The position numbers and the translations under genes are program-made. 64,000 nucleotides of DNA from Limnochordales bacterium. Its GTDB lineage: Bacteria > Bacillota > Limnochordia > Limnochordales > ZCTH02-B6. The notes beneath the pieces are model-generated. The model saw only the letters and a program-made list of their open reading frames with translations, searched no databases and was not told the origin of the DNA. Below are positions 30,356-43,100 of this stretch, piece by piece. The stretch covers positions 6,773 through 70,772 of the forward strand of contig DATGPV010000050.1 in assembly GCA_035304545.1 (NCBI GenBank), in the 5' to 3' direction. Position 1 is the first letter of the stretch. Every line of letters starts with the position of its first letter.

Positions 30356-31048
30356 TTGGATCGAATCATCCAGCAGCTCAATGAGGTCATGGACCACCTG
30401 GTCCGCTTCGACGTTCTCCACATCGGACCCGTCACCATCACCTCCACCGTCATTAACACCTGGATCGTCATGATTCTCCTGTTTGCCGCGGTCAAGCTCC
30501 TGACCCGGGGCGGTTTCCATGAGCGGCCCCGCGGCGCGCAGGTTGTCATCGAAATGCTGGTGGAGTTCATCTACGGGCTGCTGGAAGGCGCGATGGGCAA
30601 GGAAGGGCGCCGCTACCTTTGGATCGTCGGCAGCCTCTTCGTCTTTATCCTGGCCATGAACCTTTCCTGGTTCATCCCCGGCTTCGTGCCGCCCACCACG
30701 GACATCATGACCACCGCCGCCTTGGCCATCACCACCATTATCCTCACCCACGTTATGGGCATCCGCAAGAAGGGTTTTGGCGGCTACCTGAAAAACTACG
30801 CGTCCCCGGTCATCATTATGTTGCCCATGAACATCCTGGAAGAGCTGGTGAAGCCCTTTTCGCTGGCCATCCGTCTGTTTGGCAACATGTTCGGCGAGAA
30901 GACGGTGGTGACCATTCTCGCCATCTTGGTGCCCTTGGTGCTGCCCGTTCCGGTGATGATGCTGGGGCTGCTCATGGGGTTCATTCAGGCGTTTATCTTT
31001 ACGCTGCTCACCTGCACTTATCTGGCCACTCAAACCCAAGGCCACTAG
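30356..31048 (+). CDS. atpB: F0F1 ATP synthase subunit a
   Basis: LAIRLFGNMFGEK (essential Arg helix), polytopic, correct operon position. Confidence 0.93.
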   Translation: MDRIIQQLNEVMDHLVRFDVLHIGPVTITSTVINTWIVMILLFAAVKLLTRGGFHERPRGAQVVIEMLVEFIYGLLEGAMGKEGRRYLWIVGSLFVFILAMNLSWFIPGFVPPTTDIMTTAALAITTIILTHVMGIRKKGFGGYLKNYASPVIIMLPMNILEELVKPFSLAIRLFGNMFGEKTVVTILAILVPLVLPVPVMMLGLLMGFIQAFIFTLLTCTYLATQTQGH

Positions 31049-31128
31049 AGCGGCGTAAATCCATCTAGCGCGCAGGAAAGCCGTGGCGGTCTCGCCACAC
31101 GCGCTGAGGGGAAAGGAGGGAAAACAAG

Positions 31129-31353
31129 ATGACGGTTGCTGGTCTGTTTGCCGTTGCCCTGGCGATCGCGTTGCCTGCCATGACCTCGGCCCTGAGCCAG
31201 GCCTGGGCGACCTCCAAGGCGATGGAGTCCATGTCCCGTCAGCCGGAGGCCGCCGGTGACATGCGCACGGCCCTGCTGATCGCTCTCGCGTTCATGGAGG
31301 CCCTGACGCTCTTCGCCTTCGTTATTGCCATTTTGCTGTGGACTTCGCTGTAA
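31129..31353 (+). CDS. atpE: F0F1 ATP synthase subunit c
   Basis: 74-aa hairpin protein with an RQPE loop and the carboxylate helix [15 protein letters not shown]. Confidence 0.93.
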   Translation: MTVAGLFAVALAIALPAMTSALSQAWATSKAMESMSRQPEAAGDMRTALLIALAFMEALTLFAFVIAILLWTSL

Positions 31354-31486
31354 GGCTTCGCAGGACGAGGTGAGGGCACAGGGCGCGGGCACGACGGGCG
31401 TAGAAGGTTGGCGGGCGCCCCACAGGGCGTAGCGCCACGGGCCATGGGCCCGGACGGTGGGGCCCGGAGGATTTGCCGTGCGGGGG

Positions 31487-31516
31487 CGGGGAACGGGACT
31501 CGCAGCCCGTTCCCCG
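31487..31516 (+). other. Perfect 11-bp stem-loop (cGGGGAACGGG / CCCGTTCCCCg, 8-nt loop) in the atpE-atpF spacer
   Basis: Read directly from the sequence. No U-tract follows. It lies inside an unusually long (about 200 nt) c-b intergenic spacer. Confidence 0.6.
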
Positions 31517-31556
31517 GCCGCGCCGCGTGCGGGCGCCGGTGAAGGGGGAACGCGCG

Positions 31557-32131
31557 ATGCTGCTGACAGTGCTGGCCGCAGTGGCGGCGGAAGGGCAGGG
31601 CCCCAGCCAGCCGCTGACGTTCGATGTGTGGACCTGGCTGTTCCAGTCCATCAACGTTCTCGTTATTATGCTCCTTTTGTACAAGTTTCTCTGGAAGCCC
31701 GTGCAGGGCATCATCCACAAGCGCGAGGAGTTTATTGAGACCTCGCTGAACAAGGCCGCCGAATCCCGCGCCGAAGCCGAGCGGCTGCTGGCCGAGTACC
31801 AGGCCAAGATGCAGGCGGCTCGGGAGGAGGCCCAGGCCACCATCGACGAGGCCGTCAAGAAGGCCGAGGAGGCGCGCGAACGCATCCTGCGGCAGGCCGA
31901 GCAGGAGGCCGAAGAGAGTCTGGCCCGGGCGCGGGCGGACATCGCCCGGGAGCGGGAACGGGCCGTGGCCGCCATCCGAGAAGAGGTGGCCAACCTGGTG
32001 GTGCTCGCGGCCGGCAAGCTCATCGGCAAGACGCTGACGCCCGAGGATCACAAGCACCTGGTGCAGCAATTCGTGGACCAGGTGGCGGCCGCGGGCGGCC
32101 CTGGTGAGCAATCCAGGGCCGGGGATGTCCA

Positions 32132-32135
<4 letters not shown>
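31557..32135 (+). CDS. atpF: F0F1 ATP synthase subunit b
   Basis: Single TM (WLFQSINVLVIMLLLYKFLWKPV), then a long charged coiled coil. ATG 31557 after GAAGGGGGAA. The upstream part of ORF 31473 is non-protein-like. Confidence 0.88.
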
Positions 32136-34218
<2,083 letters not shown>

Positions 34219-34283
34219 GCCCGGCGGGCGGCGGGGCCGCGCGCCCGGGACAGGGGTGGTGACATCCGTTGGCAGGACAGTCG

Positions 34284-35219
34284 ATGCGGGACATTAAGCG
34301 CCGCATCGCCAGCGTGCGCAACATCCAGCAAATCACCAAGGCCATGGAACTGGTCTCGGCCACCAAGCTGCGCCGGGCCCAGACCGCGGTGCTGACGGCA
34401 CGCCCTTACGCGGAGAAGCTGGAGGAAGTGCTGACCCGCCTGGTGGCGGCCAACCGGGCCCGCGCCCGGGGCAAGAAGCAGGCCGTCCGGCACCCGCTGC
34501 TGGAGGGCCGGGCCGTCAAGAAAGTGGCTTACGTGGTCATCACGGCCGACCGGGGGCTCGCGGGGGCCTACAACACCAACGTCATCCGCCGGGCCGAGCA
34601 GACGCTGGCGGCCGAGGAGCGGGAGTGGGCCTTGATCACCGTGGGCCGCAAGGGCCGCGACCATTTCCACCGGCGGGGCCGGCCCATCCATTCCGAGTAC
34701 CTGTACATGGGCGATGACATCGATTTCCTCCGGGCACGGGAGATCTCCCGGGCCTTGACGGACCTGTACGTGTCGGGCACCTTCGATGAGGTGAACCTCA
34801 TCTACACCCAGTTCATCAGCACGGGATCCCAGCGGCCGACGATGGTGCGCCTCCTGCCCTTGAGTGGCTTGGACGGGGCCGGCGAAGCCGGCGCCGAAGA
34901 GGGGACGGAGGAGGAGGCCGTGTCGGCCGACGACGGCGGCGAGCCGCCGGTGGAGTACATCTACGAGCCATCCCCGGCGGAAGTGCTGGGCCTGCTCTTG
35001 CCGCGGCACGTGGATATGCAGGTGTACCGGGCGCTGTTGGAGGCCAAGGCCAGCGAACACGCGGCCCGCATGCGGGCTATGCGGGCCGCGACCGACAACG
35101 CCACGGAGATGATCCGGACCCTGACGCTGTCCTTCAACCGGGCGCGCCAGGCGGCCATCACCAAGGAGATCGCGGAGATCGTGGGCGGGGCCGAGGCCCT
35201 CAACGTCGGCGCCGTTTGA
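34284..35219 (+). CDS. atpG: F0F1 ATP synthase subunit gamma
   Basis: MRDIKRRIASVRNIQQITKAMELVSATKLRRAQ, C-terminal ITKEIAEIVGGAEAL. ATG 34284 preferred over TTG 34269. Confidence 0.93.
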   Translation: MRDIKRRIASVRNIQQITKAMELVSATKLRRAQTAVLTARPYAEKLEEVLTRLVAANRARARGKKQAVRHPLLEGRAVKKVAYVVITADRGLAGAYNTNVIRRAEQTLAAEEREWALITVGRKGRDHFHRRGRPIHSEYLYMGDDIDFLRAREISRALTDLYVSGTFDEVNLIYTQFISTGSQRPTMVRLLPLSGLDGAGEAGAEEGTEEEAVSADDGGEPPVEYIYEPSPAEVLGLLLPRHVDMQVYRALLEAKASEHAARMRAMRAATDNATEMIRTLTLSFNRARQAAITKEIAEIVGGAEALNVGAV

Positions 35220-35277
35220 CGGGACCCCGGCGGGGGCCGGCGCCCCGCCGCCCCGGGAGTCCAGCGCAGCGGCATGA

Positions 35278-36738
<1,461 letters not shown>

Positions 36739-36809
36739 CAGGCGGGGCGGCCCCGGGGCCCAGCGGCTGGGAGGCTGGGGCCCCGCGGCGAGGGGGGTAA
36801 GCGGGCAGC

Positions 36810-37256
36810 ATGCTCGAACTGGAAATCGTGACGCCCTACCGGCAGGTGCTGCATACCCAGGCCGAGTCCATCATCGTGCCGGCGGTGGAGGGGTACCTGG
36901 GTATCATGAAAAACCACGCGCCGCTGGTGGCCGGTCTGACCGCGGGCGTGCTCCAATACGGGCCCGCGCATGGAGAGAAGGAGCGGGCCGCGGTGAGCGG
37001 CGGCTTTGTGGAAGTCACCGGCAACAAGGTGACGGTGCTGGCCGACACCGCGGAACTGGCCGCGGAGATCGACGTCCTCCGGGCGTGGGAAGCCCGCCGG
37101 CGGGCCGAGCACCGGCTGCGCAGCCGATCCGCCCGGATCGACTACGCCCGGGCCGAGGCGGCCCTCAAGCGGGCCATGGCCCGTCTGCAGGCCGTCGGCG
37201 TGGACGAGGAAGAGCTGGAGCAGAAGTACGGCAAGGAAGTGTCCCTGCCCGAGTGA
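36810..37256 (+). CDS. atpC: F0F1 ATP synthase subunit epsilon
   Basis: LELEIVTPYRQV..., beta-sandwich plus C-terminal helical hairpin. Last gene of the operon. Confidence 0.92.
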   Translation: MLELEIVTPYRQVLHTQAESIIVPAVEGYLGIMKNHAPLVAGLTAGVLQYGPAHGEKERAAVSGGFVEVTGNKVTVLADTAELAAEIDVLRAWEARRRAEHRLRSRSARIDYARAEAALKRAMARLQAVGVDEEELEQKYGKEVSLPE

Positions 37257-37296
37257 CCGGATGCCGGGGCCGGACACCGGCCCGACGTCCATTGGC

Positions 37297-37326
37297 ACAG
37301 GTCCCCTAGGGGGACCTGTTTTTTTG
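37297..37326 (+). terminator. Rho-independent terminator of the atp operon
   Basis: ACAGGTCCCC-TAG-GGGGACCTGT perfect stem, followed by T7. Confidence 0.85.
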
Positions 37327-37468
37327 CCCGCGCCCGGACGCCAAGGCGCGGGACGCAGGCCTGCCTAGAGGGGCGGGCCCGGCGCGGAGCCCTGCCCGGT
37401 GACAGGGCCCCGCCCGGCGAAGGACCGCGCCCGGCCAGCAAGCCTGCCCCGTACGCCAACTGGCCTGG

Positions 37469-37627
37469 TCACTGATCCTGCGATCGCCGCCGGCCCCAGG
37501 GGTAGCCCTTGTGGACAAGGGCCTCCGCCACAAAGCCGACGCCCAGCCCAATGAGGGCGCCTGCCCCCGCGTTGCCCGTCACCATGCCGATGCCGATGCC
37601 CACCAACAGGCAGCCGATGATGAACAT
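37469..37627 (-). CDS. Hypothetical small glycine-zipper membrane protein (52 aa)
   Basis: MFIIGCLLVGIGIGMVTGNAGAGALIGLGVGFVAEALVHKGYPWGRRRSQDQ, the tail of ORF 37469..38173. It lies downstream of the PBP gene on the same strand. Confidence 0.35.
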   Translation of the reverse strand: MFIIGCLLVGIGIGMVTGNAGAGALIGLGVGFVAEALVHKGYPWGRRRSQDQ

Positions 37628-37668
37628 GCGCCATTGCCTCCCCGGCCGGCACGCCCGCCGGCCCTTCT

Positions 37669-39375
37669 TTACGTCGCGGGGCGCGGCGGGACGCCCAAGT
37701 GTCTTAAGGCCCGCTCCATGATGGCGGCAAACACCGGCGCCGCCCAGCGCCCGCCCTCGGCGCTGTCCCGCTGCACGTCGTAGAGCATGACCAGGCCCAC
37801 CAGTTCCGGCGCGTCGGCGGGCGCAAAGCCCACAAAGGAGGCCAGCCGCCGGCTGCCGTACACGCCGTGCTCCGGGATCTGCGCCGTGCCTGTTTTGCCC
37901 GCGACCCTGTAACCCGGCACCTGGGCCCGGGTGCCGGTGCCTGTCTCCACCACCGCGACCATGGCTTCGGTCAGCTCCCGGGCCGTTTCCGCGGAGATGA
38001 CCCGGCGCAGGGGCGTGGGCTCCCGGCTCTGCACCCGTTCCCCGGCAGGGGTACGGATGGCCTGCACTACGTAGGGGCGCATCAAGGTGCCGCCGTTGGC
38101 GATGGCCGCCACCGCGCTGGCCAGCTGGACGGGAGTTACCGCGATCCCCTGCCCAAAGGAGACGTTGGCCCACCGCAGCGTTTCGCCGGCCACCCGCCCC
38201 GGGGCGGGGACGCTGCCGGCCCCTTCCCCGGGCAGGTCGATGCCGAGGCGCGCGCCAAAGCCGAAGGCCTGCAGGTAGCGGGCCAGGGTGGGCCCGCCCA
38301 CCATCTCCGCCCCCAGGCGGGCAAAGGCGGTGTTGCAGGAGACGGCGATGGCTTCGGCCAGGGTAAGGGGCCCGTAGCCCGCGGGGTTGTAGCAGTGGAC
38401 GATCCCGCCGCCGATACGCAGGACCGGCGGCCCGTCCAGCACGGTGTCGATGGCCGCGATCCCCTCCTCCAGGGCCGCCGCCGCCGTCATGAGCTTCAGC
38501 GTGGAGCCGGGCTCAAACTGGTCGGCCACCGCAGGATTGCGGAAAGCCCGGGGCAAGTACTCGGCGTAGCGGGCCGGGTCAAAGCCGGGGTGCACGGCCA
38601 TGGCCAAGACTTCGCCGGTCTGGGGCCGCATGAGCAGCGCCACACCGTACTCCGCCTGGGCGGCCTTGACCCCTTGCGCCAGCTCCTGCTCCACCGCGTA
38701 CTGCAGCACCCGGTCCAAGGTTAAGATCAGGTCGCTGCCGGGCACCGCGGCCACCACCTGGCTGCGGCCGCCGGGGATGGCCCGCCCCCGGGGGTCCCGC
38801 TCGCTGAAATGGCGCCCGGGCACGCCCCGCAGGACGTCCTCGTAATGAAATTCCAGCCCCGCCAAGCCTTGGTTGTCCAGGCCCGTGAACCCCAACACGT
38901 CCGCGGCCAGCGTCCCGTGGGGATAGTCCCGCTGGGGGCGCTGGGCCACGTACACGCCGCTCAGCCCCAGCTGTTCCACGGCCGCAGCCGCCTCCGGCGC
39001 CACCCGCACCGCCAGCCACACTGAAGGCGCCTCCTGCCGCAGCCGCCGCTCCAGCTCGGCCGCGGGCTGTCCCAAGATGGGGGCCAGCGCCGCCGCAGCG
39101 CGCGCCGGATCATCGATGGCCGCCGGCACAGCGTACACGCCGTTGCCCTGCACGGTGACTACCAGGGGCACGTCGTTGCGGTCGTAGATCCCGCCCCGTT
39201 CGGGCACCAGGTTTTCGGCCCGGTACCGCTGTTCCAGCGCCAGGGTACGGTAGTGGCTGCCCTGTACGATCTGCAGCCAGCCCAGGCGCAGCCACACAAG
39301 CATCCCAAGGAACGTCATGGACAAGAACACCACGGCGACCCGGACGCGCAACGATTGCGGAAACCGGCGGGCCAT
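37669..39375 (-). CDS. Class B penicillin-binding protein (FtsI/SpoVD/PBP2-type transpeptidase)
   Basis: Last 568 aa of ORF 37669..41313. N-terminal TM (VRVAVVFLSMTFLGMLVWL), ERGGIYDRN, then the catalytic triad of motifs STLK, SCN, KTGT. Start at ATG 39375. Confidence 0.92.
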   Translation of the reverse strand: MARRFPQSLRVRVAVVFLSMTFLGMLVWLRLGWLQIVQGSHYRTLALEQRYRAENLVPERGGIYDRNDVPLVVTVQGNGVYAVPAAIDDPARAAAALAPILGQPAAELERRLRQEAPSVWLAVRVAPEAAAAVEQLGLSGVYVAQRPQRDYPHGTLAADVLGFTGLDNQGLAGLEFHYEDVLRGVPGRHFSERDPRGRAIPGGRSQVVAAVPGSDLILTLDRVLQYAVEQELAQGVKAAQAEYGVALLMRPQTGEVLAMAVHPGFDPARYAEYLPRAFRNPAVADQFEPGSTLKLMTAAAALEEGIAAIDTVLDGPPVLRIGGGIVHCYNPAGYGPLTLAEAIAVSCNTAFARLGAEMVGGPTLARYLQAFGFGARLGIDLPGEGAGSVPAPGRVAGETLRWANVSFGQGIAVTPVQLASAVAAIANGGTLMRPYVVQAIRTPAGERVQSREPTPLRRVISAETARELTEAMVAVVETGTGTRAQVPGYRVAGKTGTAQIPEHGVYGSRRLASFVGFAPADAPELVGLVMLYDVQRDSAEGGRWAAPVFAAIMERALRHLGVPPRPAT

Positions 39376-39682
39376 ACCGCGCCTCCCCTCGGAAACCCCT
39401 TGGCCGAGGTCGCCATCGCCGGCGCCGGCCTGCCGGAAACCCAGCCTGCGGCAAGCCCATCCTGCCGAACACCCGGCCGGCCGGGAAAGCCGCACGCCGG
39501 AAAACCGGCATTCCAGCATGTTCCGCGCCCGCGGCGCCGATCCTGCCCGGGCGTGGCGCCTCCCGCCGGCTTTGCCCGGGCATGGCCCGCCATGCATAAA
39601 GCCCGTTTCCGGGGGAAACCCTGCCACCGGAGGCGGATGCTGGCATGGTCTTGGCCACGGCCATGGGTGGGGGAAGGCCGGC

Positions 39683-40351
39683 GTGATCCGGGCAGCGGCC
39701 CTGCGAGTGGCGGCCTTGGCAGTGCTGGGGCTCCTCGCGGCCGGCCAGCTGCGGGCGGTTTCCCGCGACGGTCTCTTGGAAGACCCCGCGCCGCGCCTGC
39801 TGGCTGCCCTTGGGGGGGAGGCGGAGCGGGCGGCGGTGGTGGCGGCCCTGCCCCTGTCCGCCGACGGGCCCGGCACTATGGCGGCCTTAAAGCGGGATGC
39901 CCTGGCTGCCGCCGGCCCGGTGGCCCGGGCCCTGGGCGTCGCGGATTGGCGCTTGGGCAACCGTGTCGACGGTCCGTCCCAGACGGTGTTTCTCGACGGC
40001 CGCACCCGCCAGGGCGGCCAGGTGCGGGTGGTGGCTTGGCAGGACTCCCAGGCGCGGGGGGTAGCTTTGGCCCTGGTGCAGACGGGCGCCCTGCCCGCCC
40101 TGGGCGTCCACCGCCGGCAGCTGGCCCGGGCCCTGGCGGCGCCCTTTGGCGTGCGGCCCAGCGCGGTGGCCACCGCGGTAGAAGTGCGGGGCTTCGTCCA
40201 CGGGCGGGAGCCGGCGGCGGCTGGGCTGCCCGACCGTTGGACCAGCCTCCCTGTGGCGGTGTTTCCAGCCCGCGGAGGCAGCCGCGTCGTCATCGGCGAG
40301 CTGGCCGCCGGGCCGGCCCGCCCAGACCTGTTCGGAGAGGTGGTGTGGTAA
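39683..40351 (+). CDS. Hypothetical exported protein, possibly YwmB/DUF1779-like
   Basis: Signal anchor VIRAAALRVAALAVLGLLAAG and strongly G/C-biased third positions. Position (after atpC, before the spoIIQ-like and spoIIID genes) parallels B. subtilis ywmB. The family assignment is weak. Confidence 0.45.
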   Translation: MIRAAALRVAALAVLGLLAAGQLRAVSRDGLLEDPAPRLLAALGGEAERAAVVAALPLSADGPGTMAALKRDALAAAGPVARALGVADWRLGNRVDGPSQTVFLDGRTRQGGQVRVVAWQDSQARGVALALVQTGALPALGVHRRQLARALAAPFGVRPSAVATAVEVRGFVHGREPAAAGLPDRWTSLPVAVFPARGGSRVVIGELAAGPARPDLFGEVVW

Positions 40352-41220
40352 TGGGAGAAGCATGGCACCGGCGCGTCGGCTACGCCGTGCACCGGCGTTG
40401 GCGGATTTTGCAGGGCATCGGGCGCTTCTACGGCGGGAAGCTGCGGGACGGCCTGCGCCTGGGGCGGGAACGGCTCGCACGGGCGGCCACGGCCCTCCTC
40501 TTGCTGCTGGCGGTAGGGGCGACCGCCTGGAGCCTGACCGGCGGCCTCATCCCGCCGGTGGGACCGGCCCGGGGAGATCATCTGGCTGGGGGCGGCCCGG
40601 AGGTCACCCCATCGGACCAGTCCCCGCCGTCCCAGGCCGCGTCCCGCCCCAGCGCGGCCATGCCCGCTCCGGCGGATGCCCGGGTGGACACGGGGTCTCC
40701 CTTTGGGGAAGACGGCGGCGGGGCGGTGGCCACCGCGGGCCGGGCCGGGGCCCTCGGCCAGCCGGCCGTCCCCGGTGAGGCAGTGGCTCGCCCCGGCGTG
40801 CCCGAGCCCGGGGCGGAGAGGCCCCGGGTCGTGCCGGCGGGGCTGCCGCTGCCGGTGGAGGGGAATGTCCTCGCGGGTCCCGGCTGGCGACGGCACCCCG
40901 TCTTGGGCCATTGGCACTACGACCCCGGTGCCCAGTTGGCGGCTGCGCCCGGCAGCCCCGTGCGGGCGGTGCTGCCCGGGACGGTGGCCGAGGCGGGGCC
41001 AGATCCTGCCGGCGGGCTGCGGGTGGCTGTGGATCACGGCGACGGTCTGATCACCGTATACGGCCGCCTCGAACACGTCGTGCCGGCCGTCGGCCAGTCG
41101 GTCAGCGCCCACGCCCCGCTGGGCTACGCGGCCCGCGGGCCTGGCGAAGCGCCCGTGGGCTTCGCAGTGTACATGAACGGAGAGCCTATCGACCCGGCCA
41201 CCGTGCTGGCTGCGCCATAG
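40351..41220 (+). CDS. M23/LytM-domain membrane protein, SpoIIQ-like (degenerate active site)
   Basis: Last 289 aa of ORF 39253..41220. N-terminal TM (ATALLLLLAVGATAW), Pro/Ala-rich linker, LytM core GWRRHPVLGHWHYDPG...VDHGDGLITVYGRLEH..., but VGFAV where HLHFE is expected. Lies immediately upstream of spoIIID, as spoIIQ does in clostridia. TAATG overlap with the upstream gene. Confidence 0.7.
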   Translation: MGEAWHRRVGYAVHRRWRILQGIGRFYGGKLRDGLRLGRERLARAATALLLLLAVGATAWSLTGGLIPPVGPARGDHLAGGGPEVTPSDQSPPSQAASRPSAAMPAPADARVDTGSPFGEDGGGAVATAGRAGALGQPAVPGEAVARPGVPEPGAERPRVVPAGLPLPVEGNVLAGPGWRRHPVLGHWHYDPGAQLAAAPGSPVRAVLPGTVAEAGPDPAGGLRVAVDHGDGLITVYGRLEHVVPAVGQSVSAHAPLGYAARGPGEAPVGFAVYMNGEPIDPATVLAAP

Positions 41221-41342
41221 CCCGCGCCCCGGTCCGACGGGCGGAAAACAGCGCAGTGAAGGCCTTTCCTGCCCGACCCGCTGACATAAATCCCGTCGGC
41301 GGGCCATATCCATTTAGCAACATCGGGCGGGGGGGCGCTGGG

Positions 41343-41606
41343 ATGCGAGACTACATCCGGAAACGGGTGGTGGACGTCAGCCACTACATCGTGGAGTCCC
41401 GGGCCACGGTGCGCCAGGCGGCCGCCGTTTTCGGCGTCAGCAAAAGCACGGTCCACAAGGACGTCACCGAGCGGCTTCCTCGCGTCAGCAAAGATCTCGC
41501 CCGCAAGGTCAAGCGGATCCTGGACCTCAACAAGGCCGAGCGGCATATCCGCGGCGGCGAGGCGACGCGCCGGAAATACCGGAGCCACGGCCGCCGGGCT
41601 TCCTGA
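41343..41606 (+). CDS. spoIIID: Stage III sporulation protein D (mother-cell transcription factor)
   Basis: MRDYIRKRVVDVSHYIVESRATVRQAAAVFGVSKSTVHKDVTERLPRVSKDLARKVKRILDLNKAERHIRGGEATRRKY is collinear with B. subtilis SpoIIID. Confidence 0.93.
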   Translation: MRDYIRKRVVDVSHYIVESRATVRQAAAVFGVSKSTVHKDVTERLPRVSKDLARKVKRILDLNKAERHIRGGEATRRKYRSHGRRAS

Positions 41607-41792
41607 GCGGCCGCCCCTCCCGCAAGGGCGTCCCAGGGCAGCGCCGCCGGCCCCCGGCGGCGCCGCTCGTTCCTCCGAAAGCCCGCACGGCCGGCCGCCC
41701 CGGGCAGGAGTTGCACCGGGCCTGTCGAAAAACGTTGCCAGTACCTTCCGGACCGCGCCACGGACGGTTCGGACCGAGAGGGGCGGCCGCAG

Positions 41793-42806
41793 TTGTTCGG
41801 GCGGGATATCGGCATCGACATGGGCACGGCCAACGTGCTCATTTTCATGCGCGGCAAGGGCTTGGTGATGCAAGAACCTTCGGTCATCGCCGTGGATCAA
41901 GAGACGAACCGGGTGCTGGCCATCGGCGAGGAAGCCCGGCGCATGATCGGCCGCACCCCCGGCAACATCGTGGCCATCCGTCCCCTCAAGGCCGGTGTCA
42001 TCGCCGACTATACCATCACGGAAATCATGCTGAAGTACCTCATCCGCCGGGTCTTGGGCCGCCGGCCCCTGTGGCGGCCCCAGATCGCCGTGTGCGTGCC
42101 GTCGGGTGTCACCACCGTGGAGCAGCGGGCCGTCATCGAGGCGTGCATGCAGGCCGGTGCCAAGAAGGTGTGCGTCATCTCCGAGCCCATGGCCGCTGCC
42201 CTGGGCGCCGGTCTCAACATCGTGGATCCCGGCGGCAACATGGTGGTGGACATCGGCGGCGGCACCACCGACGTGGCCGTCATCTCCATGGGCGGCGAAG
42301 TGGTGGCCGACAGTCTGCGCCTAGGCGGCGATGACCTCGACGAGGCCATCATCCGCTACGTGCGCCGGGAGTTCAACCTGCTGGTGGGCGAGGCCACAGC
42401 GGAGGAGATCAAGCGCCGGTTGGGCTGCGTCTACGATCCCGACGAGAGCGTCACCATGGAAGTGCGGGGACGGGACACGGTGACCGGCCTGCCCAGGGCG
42501 GTAAGGCTGTCGGAGGTACAGGTCCATGAAGCCCTGCAGGAGCCCATTCAGGCCACTGTCAACATGATCCGCACTGTGCTGGAAAAAACCCCGCCGGAGC
42601 TGGCGGGGGACATTATCAGTCGGGGCATCGTGCTGACAGGCGGAGGCGCGCTCCTCAAGGGGCTGCCGGAGCTCATCCGCCTGGAAACGCGGGTGCCCGC
42701 CACCGTGGCCGACGATCCGCTCACCTGCGTGGCCCGGGGGACAGGCCGGGTGCTGGAGGAGATTCACCGCCTGCCCACGGACACGGGCTCCTTCCGCGTG
42801 TCGTGA
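41793..42806 (+). CDS. mreB: Rod-shape-determining actin homologue MreB/Mbl
   Basis: DIGIDMGTANVLIF, EPSVIAV, IRPLKAGVIADY, VVDIGGGTTDVAVIS, GIVLTGGGALLKGL. Confidence 0.96.
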   Translation: MFGRDIGIDMGTANVLIFMRGKGLVMQEPSVIAVDQETNRVLAIGEEARRMIGRTPGNIVAIRPLKAGVIADYTITEIMLKYLIRRVLGRRPLWRPQIAVCVPSGVTTVEQRAVIEACMQAGAKKVCVISEPMAAALGAGLNIVDPGGNMVVDIGGGTTDVAVISMGGEVVADSLRLGGDDLDEAIIRYVRREFNLLVGEATAEEIKRRLGCVYDPDESVTMEVRGRDTVTGLPRAVRLSEVQVHEALQEPIQATVNMIRTVLEKTPPELAGDIISRGIVLTGGGALLKGLPELIRLETRVPATVADDPLTCVARGTGRVLEEIHRLPTDTGSFRVS

Positions 42807-42949
42807 GCCGGGCAGGCGTGGTCCCGCCGGAGGGCTTCCGCCTGCTCTCGGAACCGCGCCATTCCTTCCTGCGTCCATTCGGTTTCCAGTTGGCCCAGGA
42901 GCTGCCCGCACCGGTAGCAGACGACGGGCCGCATTTCCTTGATGGTCAT
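42764..42949 (-). CDS. Hypothetical small Cys/His-rich protein (61 aa)
   Basis: MTIKEMRPVVCYRCGQLLGQLETEWTQEGMARFREQAEALRRDHACPAHDTRKE... GGGAGGGG RBS 6 nt before ATG 42949. Its 3' end overlaps the mreB 3' end by 43 nt (convergent). Confidence 0.5.
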   Translation of the reverse strand: MTIKEMRPVVCYRCGQLLGQLETEWTQEGMARFREQAEALRRDHACPAHDTRKEPVSVGRR

Positions 42950-43100
42950 CCACAACCCCTCCCTGTCTTCATTTTAGCGCACCCTGGTCTCCGACGGGCA
43001 GCCTGGCCCTCGTCCGCGGGACAAAACCGCTAAAGGTTTCTCCGCGGGCGGACGACGCAATCAGTAGAGCCGGGACACACCTGGCCGGGGAGGTGGCCCT

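Noticed and set aside
39253-40350. N-terminal 366 aa of the + strand 655-aa ORF 39253..41220
   Set aside because: That part reads as low-complexity (RRRAG..., GGGGAGG...). A different frame (39683..40351) has a signal peptide and a coding-like pattern. The M23 protein starts at ATG 40351 with its own TM.
39376-41313. Upstream 646 aa of the 1214-aa minus-strand ORF 37669..41313
   Set aside because: Only the last 568 aa (from MARRFPQS..., ATG 39375) look like a PBP. The upstream part is Arg/Pro-rich nonsense antisense to the YwmB-like, SpoIIQ-like and spoIIID genes.
43030-43065. Sigma-D/sigma-28 flagellar promoter (TAAA-N15-GCCGATAA) upstream of flgF
   Set aside because: A TAAA is present (CTAAAGG), but the downstream -10 region matches GCCGATAA at only about half the positions.
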